A stretch of DNA of 24,316 bases. It comes from a virus (lineage: Duplodnaviria > Caudoviricetes). Below, piece after piece: positions 24,170 through 24,316 of the stretch (position 1 is its first letter; each line of letters opens with the position of its first letter). The position numbers and the translations under genes were made by a program. Where the stretch lies: positions 1 to 24,316 of IMG/VR virus record IMGVR_UViG_3300042363_000095. The stretch is one strand, 5' to 3'. The notes under the pieces were generated by a model. The model was not told where the DNA came from, did not search any database, and saw only the letters and a program-made list of their open reading frames with translations.

Positions 24170-24316
24170 CTAATCTGTGCAAAATCCTGCTTGACATCCT
24201 GAACCTGTTCCAAAATGGAAATCCATTTGTAGCCCGATGTCTTTAAATTGAAAATATGTTCCCTCTTTTTTCCACTTCTTTGTTTTTGATTCCTGTTCGG
24301 CAAACCATTGCATTTT
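24170..24316 (-). CDS. C-terminal end of a gene entering from the right, possibly PAPS-reductase-like
   Basis: Open frame KMQWFAEQE...GTGSGCQAGFCTD*; the terminal C-x-x-G-x-C resembles phage PAPS-reductase-family C-termini. Confidence 0.45.
   Translation of the reverse strand, partial: KMQWFAEQESKTKKWKKEGTYFQFKDIGLQMDFHFGTGSGCQAGFCTD

Noticed and set aside
1-24316. CRISPR array, integrase, transposase, intron or intein
   Set aside because: No regularly spaced repeat-spacer units, no recombinase motifs, and terminase, portal and capsid genes are uninterrupted and of normal length.

Overview
A 24.3 kb segment of a tailed dsDNA (siphovirus-type) phage or prophage with essentially all genes on the minus strand. 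Intergenic TAnnTTTG boxes and A-rich leaders without Shine-Dalgarno motifs point to a Bacteroidota host (inference). In transcription order (right to left): small accessory genes (VRR-NUC, DUF3310), a tRNA-like RNA, a ParB-DNA methyltransferase fusion, terminases, portal, minor head protein, HK97-type protease and capsid, neck genes, then an unusually placed lysis cassette and 1241-aa fibre module, two tail-tube paralogues, a -1 frameshifted chaperone pair, tape measure, one 641-aa tail-tip protein and the start of a metallophosphoesterase. Most interesting: (1) a structured non-coding segment at 361-477 whose single-stranded parts are antisense to a fixed-position leader motif of several phage genes (candidate anti-translation-start sRNA); (2) an 87-nt tRNA-like element with intact acceptor, D and T arms but a scrambled anticodon arm; (3) apparent total absence of CCAG/CTGG; (4) a duplicated ~34-bp promoter/operator motif; (5) a tube paralogue with a Trp-heptad tail. 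Family calls are from motif recognition by eye; no database searches were run.
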